Positions 12,745 to 26,011 of a stretch of 64,000 nt of DNA are shown in pieces (within the stretch, counting starts at the first letter, position 1; the number at the start of each line of letters is the position of its first letter). Origin of the DNA: Eledone cirrhosa (Eukaryota); the NCBI GenBank assembly GCA_964016885.1, contig OZ024764.1, positions 930,001 to 994,000 of the forward strand. Direction: 5' to 3'. Position numbers and translations under genes: made by a program. The notes beneath the pieces were generated by a model. That model did not search any database. It was not told where the DNA came from and saw only the letters and a list, made by a program, of their open reading frames with translations.

Positions 12745-13860
12745 GCAAGTCCTTTGTCAGCCGCTCTCCAGCTTTCTATTTAAAGCTGTATACAGCAATG
12801 GTACGACCACACTTAGAATTTGCATCACCAGTCTGGAACCCCTATCTTGGTCAGAACATTGACCTCTTGGAAACTTTTCAGAGACGTGCAACCAAGCGCA
12901 TACCCTTCATCAGACATCTGCCATACTCTGAACGCCTTGCTTCCCTGGACATGGATTCATTGAAGCTCTGACATCTGGCAACTGACTTGGTAGACACCCA
13001 CAAAATTATTAACTATCTTGCCAATACAACCCTGAGCACCTTTTTGTATTCCATGTGTCTAACACACGTGGGCATGCACAAAGAAAACAGCACAGTTCCC
13101 ATGACTTTCGGAAACATTTTTTCACGCTCAGAGTTGCTGAAGCATGGAACAAACTACCTGCATCAGTTGTTAGCTGTCGAGACACTACATCCTTTAAAAC
13201 CTTCATGGAACAAACTGCCTACATCAGTTGTTAGCTGTTGAGACACTGCATCCATTAAAACCTCCATGAAACAAACTCCCTGCATCAGTTGTTAGCTGTC
13301 GAGACACTGCATCCTTTAAAACCTCCATGGAACAAACCCCCTGCATCCGTTGTTAGCTGTCGAGACACTGCATCCTTTAAAACCTCCATGGAACAAACTA
13401 CCTGCATCAGTTGTTAGCTGTCAAGACACTGCATCCTTTAAAACCTCCATGGAACAAACTACCTGCATCAGTTGTTAGCTGTCGAGACACTGCATCCTTT
13501 AAAACCTTGTTGGAACAAACTACCTACATCAGCTGTTAGCTGTCGAGACACTGCATCCTTTAAAACCTTGTTGGAACAAACTACCTGCATCAGTTGTTAG
13601 CTGTCGAGACACTGCACCCTTTAAAACCTCCATGGAGCAAACTACCTGCATCAGTTGTTAGCTGTCGAGGCACTGCATCCTTTAAAACCTCCATGGAGCA
13701 AACTACCTGCATCAGTTGTTAGCTGTCGAGACACAGCATCCTTTAAAACCTCCATGGAACAAACTCCCTGCATCAGTTGTTAGCTGTCGAGACACTACAT
13801 CCTTTAAAACCTCCATGTTTCCTGAAATTCGCCAACACTACACTTGAAATATCACAGAGT
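12745..13860 (+). mobile_element. CR1-like LINE 3' fragment with a 61-bp segment amplified about 11 times (13143-13817)
   Basis: Translates LYTAMVRPHLEFASPVWNPY...QRRATK...LPYSERL...WNKLPASVV. Confidence 0.85.
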
Positions 13861-13872
13861 ACATGCTGTAGA

Positions 13873-14098
13873 GTGGATGATGATGATGGTGGAGGTGGTG
13901 GTGCTGGTGATGATGATGGTGGTGATGATGGTGGTGATGATGATGGTGGTGATGATGGTGGTGATGATGGTGGTGATGATGGTGGTGGTGATGGTGATGG
14001 TGGTGGTGATGGTGGTGGTGATGGTGCTGGTGATGATGATGGTGGTGATGATGGTGGTGGTGATGGTGGTGGTGGTGATGATGGTGGTGGTGATGGTG
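13873..14098. repeat. (GGT/GAT)n trinucleotide tract just downstream of the TAT stop codon
   Basis: Direct observation. Confidence 0.9.
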
Positions 14099-14112
14099 AA
14101 GTACAACATACT

Positions 14113-14259
14113 TTATTTTTCTGCGTCACTGGATCCGGAGTTGTAGGTCAGCTGGGAGTAGTACTTGGTGCAGTATTCAAGGATCCTGCTGAGGGCCTCC
14201 TTCACCTTATCGTGGGGCAGGGTGAGAACAATCCGGAAGTAGTTCGGCATCTGGAAACA
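14113..14259 (-). CDS. TAT: TAT terminal coding exon (CFQMPNYFRIVLTLPHDKVKEALSRILEYCTKYYSQLTYNSGSSDAEK*)
   Basis: AG acceptor and TAA stop. CF..PN.FR.V motif. The ten exons total 1136 nt in one frame. Confidence 0.95.
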   Translation of the reverse strand, partial: CFQMPNYFRIVLTLPHDKVKEALSRILEYCTKYYSQLTYNSGSSDAEK

Positions 14260-14353
14260 CTGTTGAGATGGCCCAGGGTGGTGGATTGTGGTGGTGTGTG
14301 GTAAACAGAACGGAGAGGAGAGAAAAGAAAGGGAGATAACTAGGTGGAATAAT

Positions 14354-17300
14354 GGTGTGGTGTCGTGTAGTGTAGTGTAGTGTAGTGTAGTGTAGTGTAG
14401 TGTAGTGTGGTGTGGTGTGGTGCGGTGCAGTGCAGTGCAGTGCAGTGTAGTGTAGTGTAGTGTGGTGTGGTGTGGTGTGGTGTGGTGTGGTGTGGTGTGG
14501 TGTGGTGTAGTGTAGTGTAGTGTAGTGTAGTGTAGTGTAGTGTGGTGTGGTGTGGTGTGGTGTGGTGTGATGTGGTGTGGTGTGGTGTGGTGTGGTGTGG
14601 TGTGGTGTAGTGTGGTGTGGTGTGGTGTGGTGTGGTGTGGTGTGGTGTGGTGTGGTGTGGTGTAGTGTAGTGTGGTGTGGTGTGGTGTGGTGTGGTGTGG
14701 TGTAGTGTAGTGTAGTGTAGTGTAGTGTAGTGTAGTGTAGTGTGGTGTGGTGTAGTGTAGTGTGGTGTAGTGTAGTGTAGTGTAGTGTAGTGTAGTGTAG
14801 TGTAGTGTAGTGTGGTGTAGTGTGGTGTAGTGTAGTGTGGTGTGGTGTGGTGTAGTGTAGTGTGGTGCGGTGTGGTGTAGTGTAGTGTAGTGTGGTGTGG
14901 TGTAATGTGGTGTAGTGTGGTGTGGTGTAGTGTAGTGTAGTGTAGTGTAGTGTAGTGTAGTGTAGTGTAGTGTAGTGTAGTGTAGTGTAGTGTAGTGTAG
15001 TGTAGTGTAGTGTAGTGTAGTGTAGTGTAGTGTAGTGTAGTGTGGTGTGGTGTGGTGTGGTGTGGTGTGGTGTGGTGTGGTGTGGTGTGGTGTGGTGTGG
15101 TGTGGTGTGGTGTGGTGTGGTGTGGTGTGGTGTGGTGTGGTGTGGTGTGGTGTGGTGTGGTGTGGTGTGGTGTGGTGTGGTGTGGTGTGGTGTGGTGTGG
15201 TGTGGTGTGGTGTGGTGTGGTGTGGTGTGGTGTGGTGTGGTGTGGTGTGGTGTGGTGTGGTGTGGTGTGGTGTGGTGTGGTGTGGTGTGGTGTGGTGTGG
15301 TGTGGTGTGGTGTGGTGTGGTGTGGTGTGGTGTGGTGTGGTGTGGTGTGGTGTGGTGTGGTGTGGTGTGGTGTGGTGTGGTGTGGTGTGGTGTGGTGTGG
15401 TGTGGTGTGGTGTGGTGTGGTGTGGTGTGGTGTGGTGTGGTGTGGTGTGGTGTGGTGTGGTGTGGTGTGGTGTGGTGTGGTGTGGTGTGGTGTGGTGTGG
15501 TGTGGTGTGGTGTGGTGTGGTGTGGTGTGGTGTGGTGTGGTGTGGTGTGGTGTGGTGTGGTGTGGTGTGGTGTGGTGTGGTGTGGTGTGGTGTGGTGTGG
15601 TGTGGTGTGGTGTGGTGTGGTGTGGTGTGGTGTGGTGTGGTGTGGTGTGGTGTGGTGTGGTGTGGTGTGGTGTGGTGTGGTGTGGTGTGGTGTGGTGTGG
15701 TGTGGTGTGGTGTGGTGTGGTGTGGTGTGGTGTGGTGTGGTGTGGTGTGGTGTGGTGTGGTGTGGTGTGGTGTGGTGTGGTGTGGTGTGGTGTGGTGTGG
15801 TGTGGTGTGGTGTGGTGTGGTGTGGTGTGGTGTGGTGTGGTGTGGTGTGGTGTGGTGTGGTGTGGTGTGGTGTGGTGTGGTGTGGTGTGGTGTGGTGTGG
15901 TGTGGTGTGGTGTGGTGTGGTGTGGTGTGGTGTGGTGTGGTGTGGTGTGGTGTGGTGTGGTGTGGTGTGGTGTGGTGTGGTGTGGTGTGGTGTGGTGTGG
16001 TGTGGTGTGGTGTGGTGTGGTGTGGTGTGGTGTGGTGTGGTGTGGTGTGGTGTGGTGTGGTGTAGTGTAGTGTAGTGTGGTGTGGTGTGGTGTGGTGTGG
16101 TGTGGTGTGGTGTAGTGTAGTGTAGTGTAGTGTAGTGTAGTGCAGTGCAGTGTAGTGTGGTGTGGTGTAGTGTAGTGTAGTGTAGTGTAGTGTAGTGTAG
16201 TGTGGTGTGGTGTAGTGTAGTGTAGTGTAGTGTAGTGTAGTGTAGTGTAGTGTAGTGTAGTGTGGTGTAGTGTAGTGTGGTGTGGTGTGGTGTAGTGTAG
16301 TGTGGTGTGGTGTAGTGTAGTGTAGTGTGGTGTGGTGTAATGTGGTGTAGTGTGGTGTGGTGTGGTGTAGTGTAGTGTAGTGTAGTGTAGTGTAGTGTAG
16401 TGTAGTGTAGTGTAGTGTAGTGTAGTGTAGTGTAGTGTAGTGTAGTGTAGTGTAGTGTAGTGTAGTGTAGTGTAGTGTAGTGTAGTGTGGTGTGGTGTGG
16501 TGTGGTGTGGTGTGGTGTGGTGTGGTGTGGTGTGGTGTGGTGTGGTGTGGTGTGGTGTGGTGTGGTGTGGTGTGGTGTGGTGTGGTGTGGTGTGGTGTGG
16601 TGTGGTGTGGTGTGGTGTGGTGTGGTGTGGTGTGGTGTGGTGTGGTGTGGTGTGGTGTGGTGTGGTGTGGTGTGGTGTGGTGTGGTGTGGTGTGGTGTGG
16701 TGTGGTGTGGTGTGGTGTGGTGTGGTGTGGTGTGGTGTGGTGTGGTGTGGTGTAGTGTAGTGTAGTGTAGTGTAGTGTAGTGTAGTGTGGTGTGGTGTGG
16801 TGTGGTGTGGTGTGGTGTGGTGTGGTGTGGTGTGGTGTGGTGTGGTGTGGTGTGGTGTGGTGTGGTGTAGTGTAGTGTAGTGTAGTGTAGTGTAGTGTGG
16901 TGTAGTGTAGTGTAGTGTAGTGTAGTGTAGTGTAGTGTGGTGTGGTGTGGTGTGGTGTGGTGTAGTGTAGTGTAGTGTAGTGTAGTGTAGTGTGGTGTAG
17001 TGTAGTGTGGTGTAGTGTAGTGTGGTGTGGTGTAGTGTGGTGTAGTGTGGTGTAGTGTAGTGTGGTGTGGTGTGGTGTAGTGTGGTGTGGTGTGGTGTGG
17101 TGTGGTGTAGTGTAGTGTAGTGTAGTGTAGTGTAGTGTAGTGTAGTGTAGTGTAGTGTAGTGTAGTGTGGTGTGGTGTAGTGTAGTGTAGTGTAGTGTAG
17201 TGTGGTGTAGTGTAGTGTAGTGTAGTGTGGTGTAGTGTAGTGTAGTGTAGTGTGGTGTGGTGTAGTGTGGTGTAGTGTGGTGTAGTGTAGTGTGGTGTGG

Positions 17301-20300
17301 TGTAGTGTGGTGTGGTGTGGTGTGGTGTGGTGTGGTGTAGTGTAGTGTAGTGTAGTGTAGTGTAGTGTAGTGTAGTGTAGTGTAGTGTAGTGTAGTGTGG
17401 TGTGGTGTGGTGTAGTGTAGTGTAGTGTAGTGTAGTGTAGTGTGGTGTAGTGTAGTGTAGTGTAGTGTGGTGTAGTGTAGTGTGGTGTAGTGTAGTGTGG
17501 TGTAGTGTAGTGTGGTGTGGTGTAGTGTGGTGTGGTGTGGTGTAGTGTGGTGTGGTGTGGTGTGGTGTAGTGTGGTGTGGTGTGGTGTGGTGTGGTGTGG
17601 TGTGGTGTGGTGTAGTGTAGTGTAGTGTAGTGTAGTGTAGTGTAGTGTAGTGTAGTGTAGTGTGGTGTGGTGTAGTGTGGTGTAGTGTAGTGTAGTGTGG
17701 TGTAGTGTGGTGTAGTGTGGTGTAGTGTAGTGTGGTGTGGTGTGGTGTAGTGTGGTGTAGTGTGGTGTAGTGTAGTGTAGTGTGGTGTAGTGTAGTGTAG
17801 TGTAGTGTAGTGTAGTGTAGTGTAGTGTAGTGTAGTGTAGTGTAGTGTAGTGTAGTGTAGTGTAGTGTGGTGTGGTGTAGTGTGGTGTGGTGTAGTGTGG
17901 TGTGGTGTGGTGTGGTGTGGTGTGGTGCGGTGCGGTGCGGTGCGGTGCGGTGCGGTGCGGCGCGGCGCTGTGCGGCGCGGCGCAGCGCAGCGCAGCACAG
18001 TGCAGTGCAGTGCAGTGCAGTGGTGTGGTGTAGTGTGGTGTAGTGTGGTGTAGTGTGGTGTGGTGTGGTGTGGTGTGGTGTGGTGTAGTGTAGTGTGGTG
18101 TGGTGTAGTGTAGTGTAGTGTAGTGTAGTGTTGTGTAGTGTAGTGTAGTGTAGTGTAGTGTAGTGTAGTGTAGTGTAGTGTAGTGTAGTGTAGTGTAGTG
18201 TAGTGTAGTGTAGTGTAGTGTAGTGTAGTGTAGTGTAGTGTAGTGTAGTGTAGTGTAGTGTAGTGTAGTGTGGTGTGGTGTGGTGTAGTGTAGTGTAGTG
18301 TAGTGTAGTGTAGTGTAGTGTAGTGTGGTGTGGTGTGGTGTGGTGTAGTGTAGTGTGGTGTGGTGTGGTGTAGTGTAGTGTAGTGTAGTGTGGTGTGGTG
18401 TAATGTGGTGTAGTGTGGTGTGGTGTGGTGTGGTGTGGTGTGGTGTGGTGTAGTGTAGTGTAGTGTAGTGTAGTGTAGTGTAGTGTAGTGTAGTGTAGTG
18501 TAGTGTGGTGTGGTGTGGTGTGGTGTGGTGTAGTGTAGTGTAGTGTAGTGTAGTGTGGTGTGGTGTAGTGTAGTGTAGTGTAGTGTGGTGTGGTGTAGTG
18601 TAGTGTAGTGTGGTGTAGTGTAGTGTAGTGTGGTGTAGTGTAGTGTAGTGTAGTGTAGTGTGGTGTGGTGTAGTGTAGTGTAGTGTAGTGTAGTGTGGTG
18701 TAGTGTGGTGTGGTGTAGTGTGGTGTAGTGTGGTGTAGTGTGGTGTAGTGTAGTGTGGTGTGGTGTGGTGTAGTGTGGTGTGGTGTGGTGTGGTGTGGTG
18801 TAGTGTAGTGTAGTGTAGTGTAGTGTAGTGTAGTGTAGTGTAGTGTGGTGTGGTGTAGTGTAGTGTAGTGTAGTGTAGTGTAGTGTAGTGTGGTGTAGTG
18901 TAGTGTAGTGTAGTGTAGTGTAGTGTAGTGTGGTGTGGTGTGGTGTGGTGTGGTGTGGTGTGGTGTAGTGTGGTGTGGTGTGGTGTGGTGTGGTGTGGTG
19001 TGGTGTGGTGTGGTGTGGTGTAGTGTAGTGTGGTGTGGTGTGGTGTGGTGTGGTGTGGTGTAGTGTAGTGTAGTGTAGTGTAGTGTAGTGTAGTGTAGTG
19101 TGGTGTGGTGTAGTGTAGTGTGGTGTAGTGTAGTGTAGTGTAGTGTAGTGTAGTGTAGTGTAGTGTGGTGTAGTGTGGTGTAGTGTAGTGTGGTGTGGTG
19201 TGGTGTAGTGTAGTGTGGTGCGGTGTGGTGTAGTGTAGTGTAGTGTGGTGTGGTGTAATGTGGTGTAGTGTGGTGTGGTGTAGTGTAGTGTAGTGTAGTG
19301 TAGTGTAGTGTAGTGTAGTGTAGTGTAGTGTAGTGTAGTGTAGTGTAGTGTAGTGTAGTGTAGTGTAGTGTAGTGTAGTGTAGTGTAGTGTGGTGTGGTG
19401 TGGTGTGGTGTGGTGTGGTGTGGTGTGGTGTGGTGTGGTGTGGTGTGGTGTGGTGTGGTGTGGTGTGGTGTGGTGTGGTGTGGTGTGGTGTGGTGTGGTG
19501 TGGTGTGGTGTGGTGTGGTGTGGTGTGGTGTGGTGTGGTGTGGTGTGGTGTGGTGTGGTGTGGTGTGGTGTGGTGTGGTGTGGTGTGGTGTGGTGTGGTG
19601 TGGTGTGGTGTGGTGTGGTGTGGTGTGGTGTGGTGTGGTGTGGTGTGGTGTGGTGTGGTGTGGTGTGGTGTGGTGTGGTGTGGTGTGGTGTGGTGTGGTG
19701 TGGTGTGGTGTGGTGTGGTGTGGTGTGTGTGGTGTGGTGTGGTGTGGTGTGGTGTGGTGTGGTGTGGTGTGGTGTGGTGTGGTGTGGTGTGGTGTGGTGT
19801 GGTGTGGTGTGGTGTGGTGTGGTGTGGTGTGGTGTGGTGTGGTGTGGTGTGGTGTGGTGTGGTGTGGTGTGGTGTGGTGTGGTGTGGTGTGGTGTGGTGT
19901 GGTGTGGTGTGGTGTGGTGTGGTGTGGTGTGGTGTGGTGTGGTGTGGTGTGGTGTGGTGTGGTGTGGTGTGGTGTGGTGTGGTGTGGTGTGGTGTGGTGT
20001 GGTGTGGTGTGGTGTGGTGTGGTGTGGTGTGGTGTGGTGTGGTGTGGTGTGGTGTGGTGTGGTGTGGTGTGGTGTGGTGTGGTGTGGTGTGGTGTGGTGT
20101 GGTGTGGTGTGGTGTGGTGTGGTGTGGTGTGGTGTAGTGTGGTGTGGTGTGGTGTGGTGTGGTGTGGTGTGGTGTGGTGTGGTGTGGTGTGGTGTAGTGT
20201 GGTGTGGTGTGGTGTGGTGTGGTGTGGTGTGGTGTGGTGTGGTGTAGTGTAGTGTAGTGTAGTGTAGTGTAGTGTAGTGCAGTGCAGTGCAGTGTGGTGT

Positions 20301-23300
20301 GGTGTAGTGTAGTGTAGTGTAGTGTAGTGTAGTGTAGTGTGGTGTGGTGTAGTGTAGTGTAGTGTAGTGTAGTGTAGTGTAGTGTAGTGTAGTGTAGTGT
20401 GGTGTAGTGTAGTGTGGTGTGGTGTGGTGTAGTGTAGTGTGGTGTGGTGTAGTGTAGTGTAGTGTGGTGTGGTGTAATGTGGTGTAGTGTGGTGTGGTGT
20501 GGTGTAGTGTGGTGTAGTGTAGTGTAGTGTAGTGTAGTGTAGTGTAGTGTAGTGTAGTGTAGTGTAGTGTAGTGTAGTGTAGTGTAGTGTAGTGTAGTGT
20601 AGTGTAGTGTGGTGTGGTGTGGTGTGGTGTGGTGTGGTGTGGTGTGGTGTGGTGTGGTGTGGTGTGGTGTGGTGTGGTGTGGTGTGGTGTGGTGTGGTGT
20701 GGTGTGGTGTGGTGTGGTGTGGTGTGGTGTGGTGTGGTGTGGTGTGGTGTGGTGTGGTGTGGTGTGGTGTGGTGTGGTGTGGTGTGGTGTGGTGTGGTGT
20801 GGTGTGGTGTGGTGTGGTGTGGTGTGGTGTGGTGTGGTGTGGTGTGGTGTGGTGTAGTGTAGTGTAGTGTAGTGTAGTGTAGTGTAGTGTAGTGTGGTGT
20901 GGTGTGGTGTGGTGTGGTGTGGTGTGGTGTGGTGTGGTGTGGTGTGGTGTGGTGTGGTGTGGTGTGGTGTAGTGTAGTGTAGTGTAGTGTAGTGTAGTGT
21001 AGTGTGGTGTAGTGTAGTGTAGTGTAGTGTAGTGTAGTGTAGTGTGGTGTGGTGTGGTGTGGTGTGGTGTAGTGTAGTGTAGTGTAGTGTAGTGTAGTGT
21101 GGTGTAGTGTAGTGTGGTGTAGTGTAGTGTGGTGTGGTGTAGTGTGGTGTAGTGTGGTGTAGTGTAGTGTGGTGTGGTGTGGTGTAGTGTGGTGTGGTGT
21201 GGTGTGGTGTGTGTAGTGTAGTGTAGTGTAGTGTAGTGTAGTGTAGTGTAGTGTAGTGTAGTGTAGTGTAGTGTGGTGTGGTGTAGTGTAGTGTAGTGTA
21301 GTGTAGTGTGGTGTAGTGTAGTGTAGTGTAGTGTGGTGTAGTGTAGTGTAGTGTAGTGTGGTGTGGTGTAGTGTGGTGTAGTGTGGTGTAGTGTAGTGTG
21401 GTGTGGTGTAGTGTGGTGTGGTGTGGTGTGGTGTGGTGTGGTGTAGTGTAGTGTAGTGTAGTGTAGTGTAGTGTAGTGTAGTGTAGTGTAGTGTAGTGTG
21501 GTGTGGTGTGGTGTAGTGTAGTGTAGTGTAGTGTAGTGTAGTGTGGTGTAGTGTAGTGTAGTGTAGTGTGGTGTAGTGTAGTGTGGTGTAGTGTAGTGTG
21601 GTGTAGTGTAGTGTGGTGTGGTGTAGTGTGGTGTGGTGTGGTGTAGTGTGGTGTGGTGTGGTGTGGTGTAGTGTGGTGTGGTGTGGTGTGGTGTGGTGTG
21701 GTGTGGTGTGGTGTAGTGTAGTGTAGTGTAGTGTAGTGTAGTGTAGTGTAGTGTAGTGTAGTGTGGTGTGGTGTAGTGTGGTGTAGTGTAGTGTAGTGTG
21801 GTGTAGTGTGGTGTAGTGTGGTGTAGTGTAGTGTGGTGTGGTGTGGTGTAGTGTGGTGTAGTGTGGTGTAGTGTAGTGTAGTGTAGTGTAGTGTAGTGTA
21901 GTGTAGTGTAGTGTAGTGTAGTGTAGTGTAGTGTAGTGTAGTGTAGTGTAGTGTAGTGTAGTGTAGTGTGGTGTGGTGTAGTGTGGTGTGGTGTAGTGTG
22001 GTGTGGTGTGGTGTGGTGTGGTGTGGTGCGGTGCGGTGCGGTGCGGTGCGGTGCGGTGCGGCGCGGCGCTGTGCGGCGCGGCGCAGCGCAGCGCAGCACA
22101 GTGCAGTGCAGTGCAGTGGTGTGGTGTAGTGTGGTGTAGTGTGGTGTAGTGTGGTGTGGTGTGGTGTGGTGTGGTGTGGTGTAGTGTAGTGTGGTGTGGT
22201 GTAGTGTAGTGTAGTGTAGTGTTGTGTAGTGTAGTGTAGTGTAGTGTAGTGTAGTGTAGTGTAGTGTAGTGTAGTGTAGTGTAGTGTAGTGTAGTGTAGT
22301 GTAGTGTAGTGTAGTGTAGTGTAGTGTAGTGTAGTGTAGTGTAGTGTAGTGTAGTGTAGTGTAGTGTAGTGTAGTGTAGTGTAGTGTAGTGTGGTGTGGT
22401 GTGGTGTAGTGTAGTGTAGTGTAGTGTAGTGTAGTGTAGTGTAGTGTGGTGTGGTGTGGTGTGGTGTAGTGTAGTGTGGTGTGGTGTGGTGTAGTGTAGT
22501 GTAGTGTAGTGTGGTGTGGTGTAATGTGGTGTAGTGTGGTGTGGTGTGGTGTGGTGTGGTGTGGTGTGGTGTAGTGTAGTGTAGTGTAGTGTAGTGTAGT
22601 GTAGTGTAGTGTAGTGTAGTGTAGTGTAGTGTGGTGTGGTGTGGTGTGGTGTGGTGTAGTGTAGTGTAGTGTAGTGTAGTGTGGTGTGGTGTAGTGTAGT
22701 GTAGTGTAGTGTGGTGTGGTGTAGTGTAGTGTAGTGTGGTGTAGTGTAGTGTAGTGTGGTGTAGTGTAGTGTAGTGTAGTGTAGTGTGGTGTGGTGTAGT
22801 GTAGTGTAGTGTAGTGTAGTGTGGTGTAGTGTGGTGTGGTGTAGTGTGGTGTAGTGTGGTGTAGTGTGGTGTAGTGTAGTGTGGTGTGGTGTGGTGTAGT
22901 GTGGTGTGGTGTGGTGTGGTGTGGTGTAGTGTAGTGTAGTGTAGTGTAGTGTAGTGTAGTGTAGTGTGGTGTGGTGTAGTGTAGTGTAGTGTAGTGTAGT
23001 GTAGTGTAGTGTGGTGTAGTGTAGTGTAGTGTAGTGTGGTGTAGTGTAGTGTAGTGTAGTGTGGTGTAGTGTAGTGTGGTGTAGTGTAGTGTAGTGTAGT
23101 GTAGTGTAGTGTAGTGTAGTGTAGTGTAGTGTAGTGTAGTGTAGTGTAGTGTGGTGTAGTGTAGTGTGGTGTAGTGTAGTGTAGTGTGGTGTAGTGTGGT
23201 GTAGTGTGGTGTAGTGTAGTGTGGTGTGGTGTGGTGTAGTGTGGTGTGGTGTGGTGTAATGTGGTGTAGTGTAGTGTGGTGTGGTGTAATGTGGTGTAGT

Positions 23301-25901
23301 GTGGTGTGGTGTGGTGTGGTGTGGTGTGGTGTAGTGTAGTGTAGTGTAGTGTAGTGTAGTGTAGTGTAGTGTAGTGTAGTGTAGTGTAGTGTAGTGTAGT
23401 GTAGTGTAGTGTGGTGTAGTGTGGTGTAGTGTAGTGTGGTGTAGTATAGTGTAGTGTGGTGTAGTGTAGTGTAGTGTGGTGAGGTGTAGTGTAGTGTAGT
23501 GTAGTGTAGTGTAGTGTGGTGTGGTGTGGTGTGGTGCGGTGCGCTGCGGTGCGGTGCTGTGAAGTGCGGCGCGGCGCGGTGCGGTGCGGTGAAGTGCGGC
23601 GCGGCGCGGCGCAGTGCAGTGCAGTGCAGTGTAGTGTAGTGTAGTGTGGTGTAGTGTGGTGTAGTGTAGTGTAGTGTAGTGTAGTGTAGTGTAGTGTAGT
23701 GTAGTGTGGTGTAGTGTGGTGTAGTGTAGTGTGGTGTAGTGTAGTGTAGTGTAGTGTGGTGTAGTGTAGTGTGGTGTAGTGTAGTGTAGTGTGGTGTAGT
23801 GTAGTGTAGTGTGGTGTAGTGTGGTGTAGTGTAGTGTGGTGTGGTGTAGCGTAGTGTGGTGTAGTGTAGTTGGTGTAGTGTAGTGTGGTGTGGTGTAATG
23901 TGGTGTAGTGTTGTATGGTGTGGTGTAGTGTAGTGTAGTGCAGTGTAGTGTAGTGTAGTGTAGTGTAGTGTAGTGTAGTGTAGTGTAGTGTAGTGTAGTG
24001 TAGTGTAGTGTAGTGTAGTGTAGTGTAGTGTAGTGTGGTGCAGTGTGGTGTAGTGTAGTGTGGTGTAGTGTGGTGTAGTGTAGTGTAGTGTGGTGTGGTG
24101 TGGTGTAATGTGGTGTAGTGTTGTATGGTGTGGTGTAGTGTAGTGTAGTGTAGTGTAGTGTAGTGTAGTGTGGTGTAGTGTGGTGTAGTGTAGTGTAGTG
24201 TGGTGTGGTGTGGTGTAATGTGGTGTAGTGTTGTATGGTGTGGTGTAGTGTAGTGTAGTGTAGTGTAGTGTAGTGTGGTGTAGTGTGGTGTAGTGTAGTG
24301 TAGTGTGGTGTGGTGTAATGTGGTGTAGTGTTGTATGGTGTGGTGTAGTGTAGTGTAGTGTAGTGTAGTGTAGTGTGGTGTAGTGTGGTGTAGTGTAGTG
24401 TAGTGTGGTGTGGTGTGGTGTAGTGTTGTATGGTGTGGTGTAGTGTAGTGTAGTGTAGTGTAGTGTGGTGTAGTGTAGTGTAGTGTAGTGTAGTGTAGTG
24501 TAGTGTAGTGTAGTGTGGTGTGGTGTGGTGTGGTGTGGTGTAGTGTAGTGTGGTGTGGTGTGGTGTAGTGTGGTGTGGTGTGGTGTAATGTGGTGTAGTG
24601 TAGTGTGGTGTGGTGTGGTGTAGTGTTGTATGGTGTGGTGTAGTGTAGTGTAGTGTAGTGTAGTGTAGTGTAGTGTAGTGTAGTGTGGTGTAGTGTGGTG
24701 TAGTGTAGTGTAGTGTGGTGTGGTGTGGTGTAATGTGGTGTAGTGTTGTATGGTGTGGTGTAGTGTAGTGTAGTGTAGTGTAGTGTAGTGTGGTGTAGTG
24801 TGGTGTAGTGTAGTGTAGTGTGGTGTGGTGTGGTGTAATGTGGTGTAGTGTTGTATGGTGTGGTGTAGTGTAGCGTAGTGTAGTGTAGTGTAGTGTAGTG
24901 TAGTGTAGTGTGGTGTGGTGTGGTGTAGTGTAGTGTAGTGTAGTGTAGTGTAATGTAGTGTAGTGTAGTGTGGTGTGGTGTGGTGTAGTGTAGTGTAGTG
25001 TAGTGTAGTGTAATGTAGTGTAGTGTAGTGTAGTGTAGTGTAGTGTGGTGTAGTGTGGTGTAGTGTTGTATGGTGTGGTGTGGTGTAGTGTAGTGTAGTG
25101 TAGTGTAGTGTAGTGTAGTGTGGTGTAGTGTAGTGTAGTGTGGTGTAGTGTGGTGTAGTGTAGTGTAGTGTAGTGTGGTGTAGTGTAGTGTAGTGTAGTG
25201 TAGTGTGGTGTAGTGTAGTGTAGTGTAGTGTAGTGTAGTGTAGTGTAGTGTAGTGTAGTGTGGTGTGGTGTGGTGTAGTGTAGTGTAGTGTAGTGTAATG
25301 TAGTGTAGTGTAGTGTAGTGTAGTGTAGTGTAGTGTGGTGTAGTGTAGTGTAGTGTAGTGTAGTGTAGTGTGGTGTAGTGTGGTGTAGTGTAGTGTGGTG
25401 TAGTGTAGTGTAGTGTAGTGTAGTGTAGTGTAGTGTAGTGTAGTGTAGTGTAGTGTAGTGTAGTGTAGTGTAGTGTAGTGTAGTGTAGTGTAGTGTGGTG
25501 TGGTGTAGTGTAGTGTAGTGTAGTGTAGTGTAATGTAGTGTAGTGTAGTGTAGTGTAGTGTAGTGTGGTGTGGTGTGGTGTGGTGTAGTGTAGTGTAGTG
25601 TAGTGTAGTGTAGTGTAGTGTGGTGTGGTGTGGTGTGGTGTAGTGTAGTGTAGTGTAGTGTAGTGTAGTGTGGTGTAGTGTGGTGTAGTGTAGTGTAGTG
25701 TAGTGTGGTGTGGTGTGGTGTAGTGTAGTGTAGTGTAGTGTAGTGTAGTGTAGTGTAGTGTAGTGTAGTGTAGTGTAGTGTAGTGTAGTGTAGTGTAGTG
25801 TAGTGTAGTGTGGTGTAGTGTAGTGTAGTGTGGTGTAGTGTAGTGTAGTGTAGTGTAGTGTAGTGTGGTGTAGTGTAGTGTAGTGTAGTGTAGTGTAGTG
25901 T
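14354..25901. repeat. 11.5-kb pentanucleotide satellite (GTGTG/GTGTA variants) filling the last TAT intron
   Basis: Direct observation. Confidence 0.98.
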
Positions 25902-25912
25902 ACAATACTTAC

Positions 25913-26011
25913 AGTAGCTGGCAGACAAAACACACTCTGCTCCTCCACCAGTTGTTCTACAAAACTCTGGTCGTTGTGGAAATCAGGAAAATGTTCCATT
26001 TGAATACCGAC
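25913..26011 (-). CDS. TAT: TAT exon (VGIQMEHFPDFHNDQSFVEQLVEEQSVFCLPAT)
   Basis: AG/GT boundaries, 99 nt. EHFP.F.ND and EQSV.CLPA motifs. Confidence 0.95.

Noticed and set aside
14113-25999. Three 3860-3930-aa His/Thr-rich ORFs and the WCGVV ORFs
   Set aside because: Translations of the pentamer satellite, open in all three frames because the unit lacks stops. Only the ends overlap real TAT exons.
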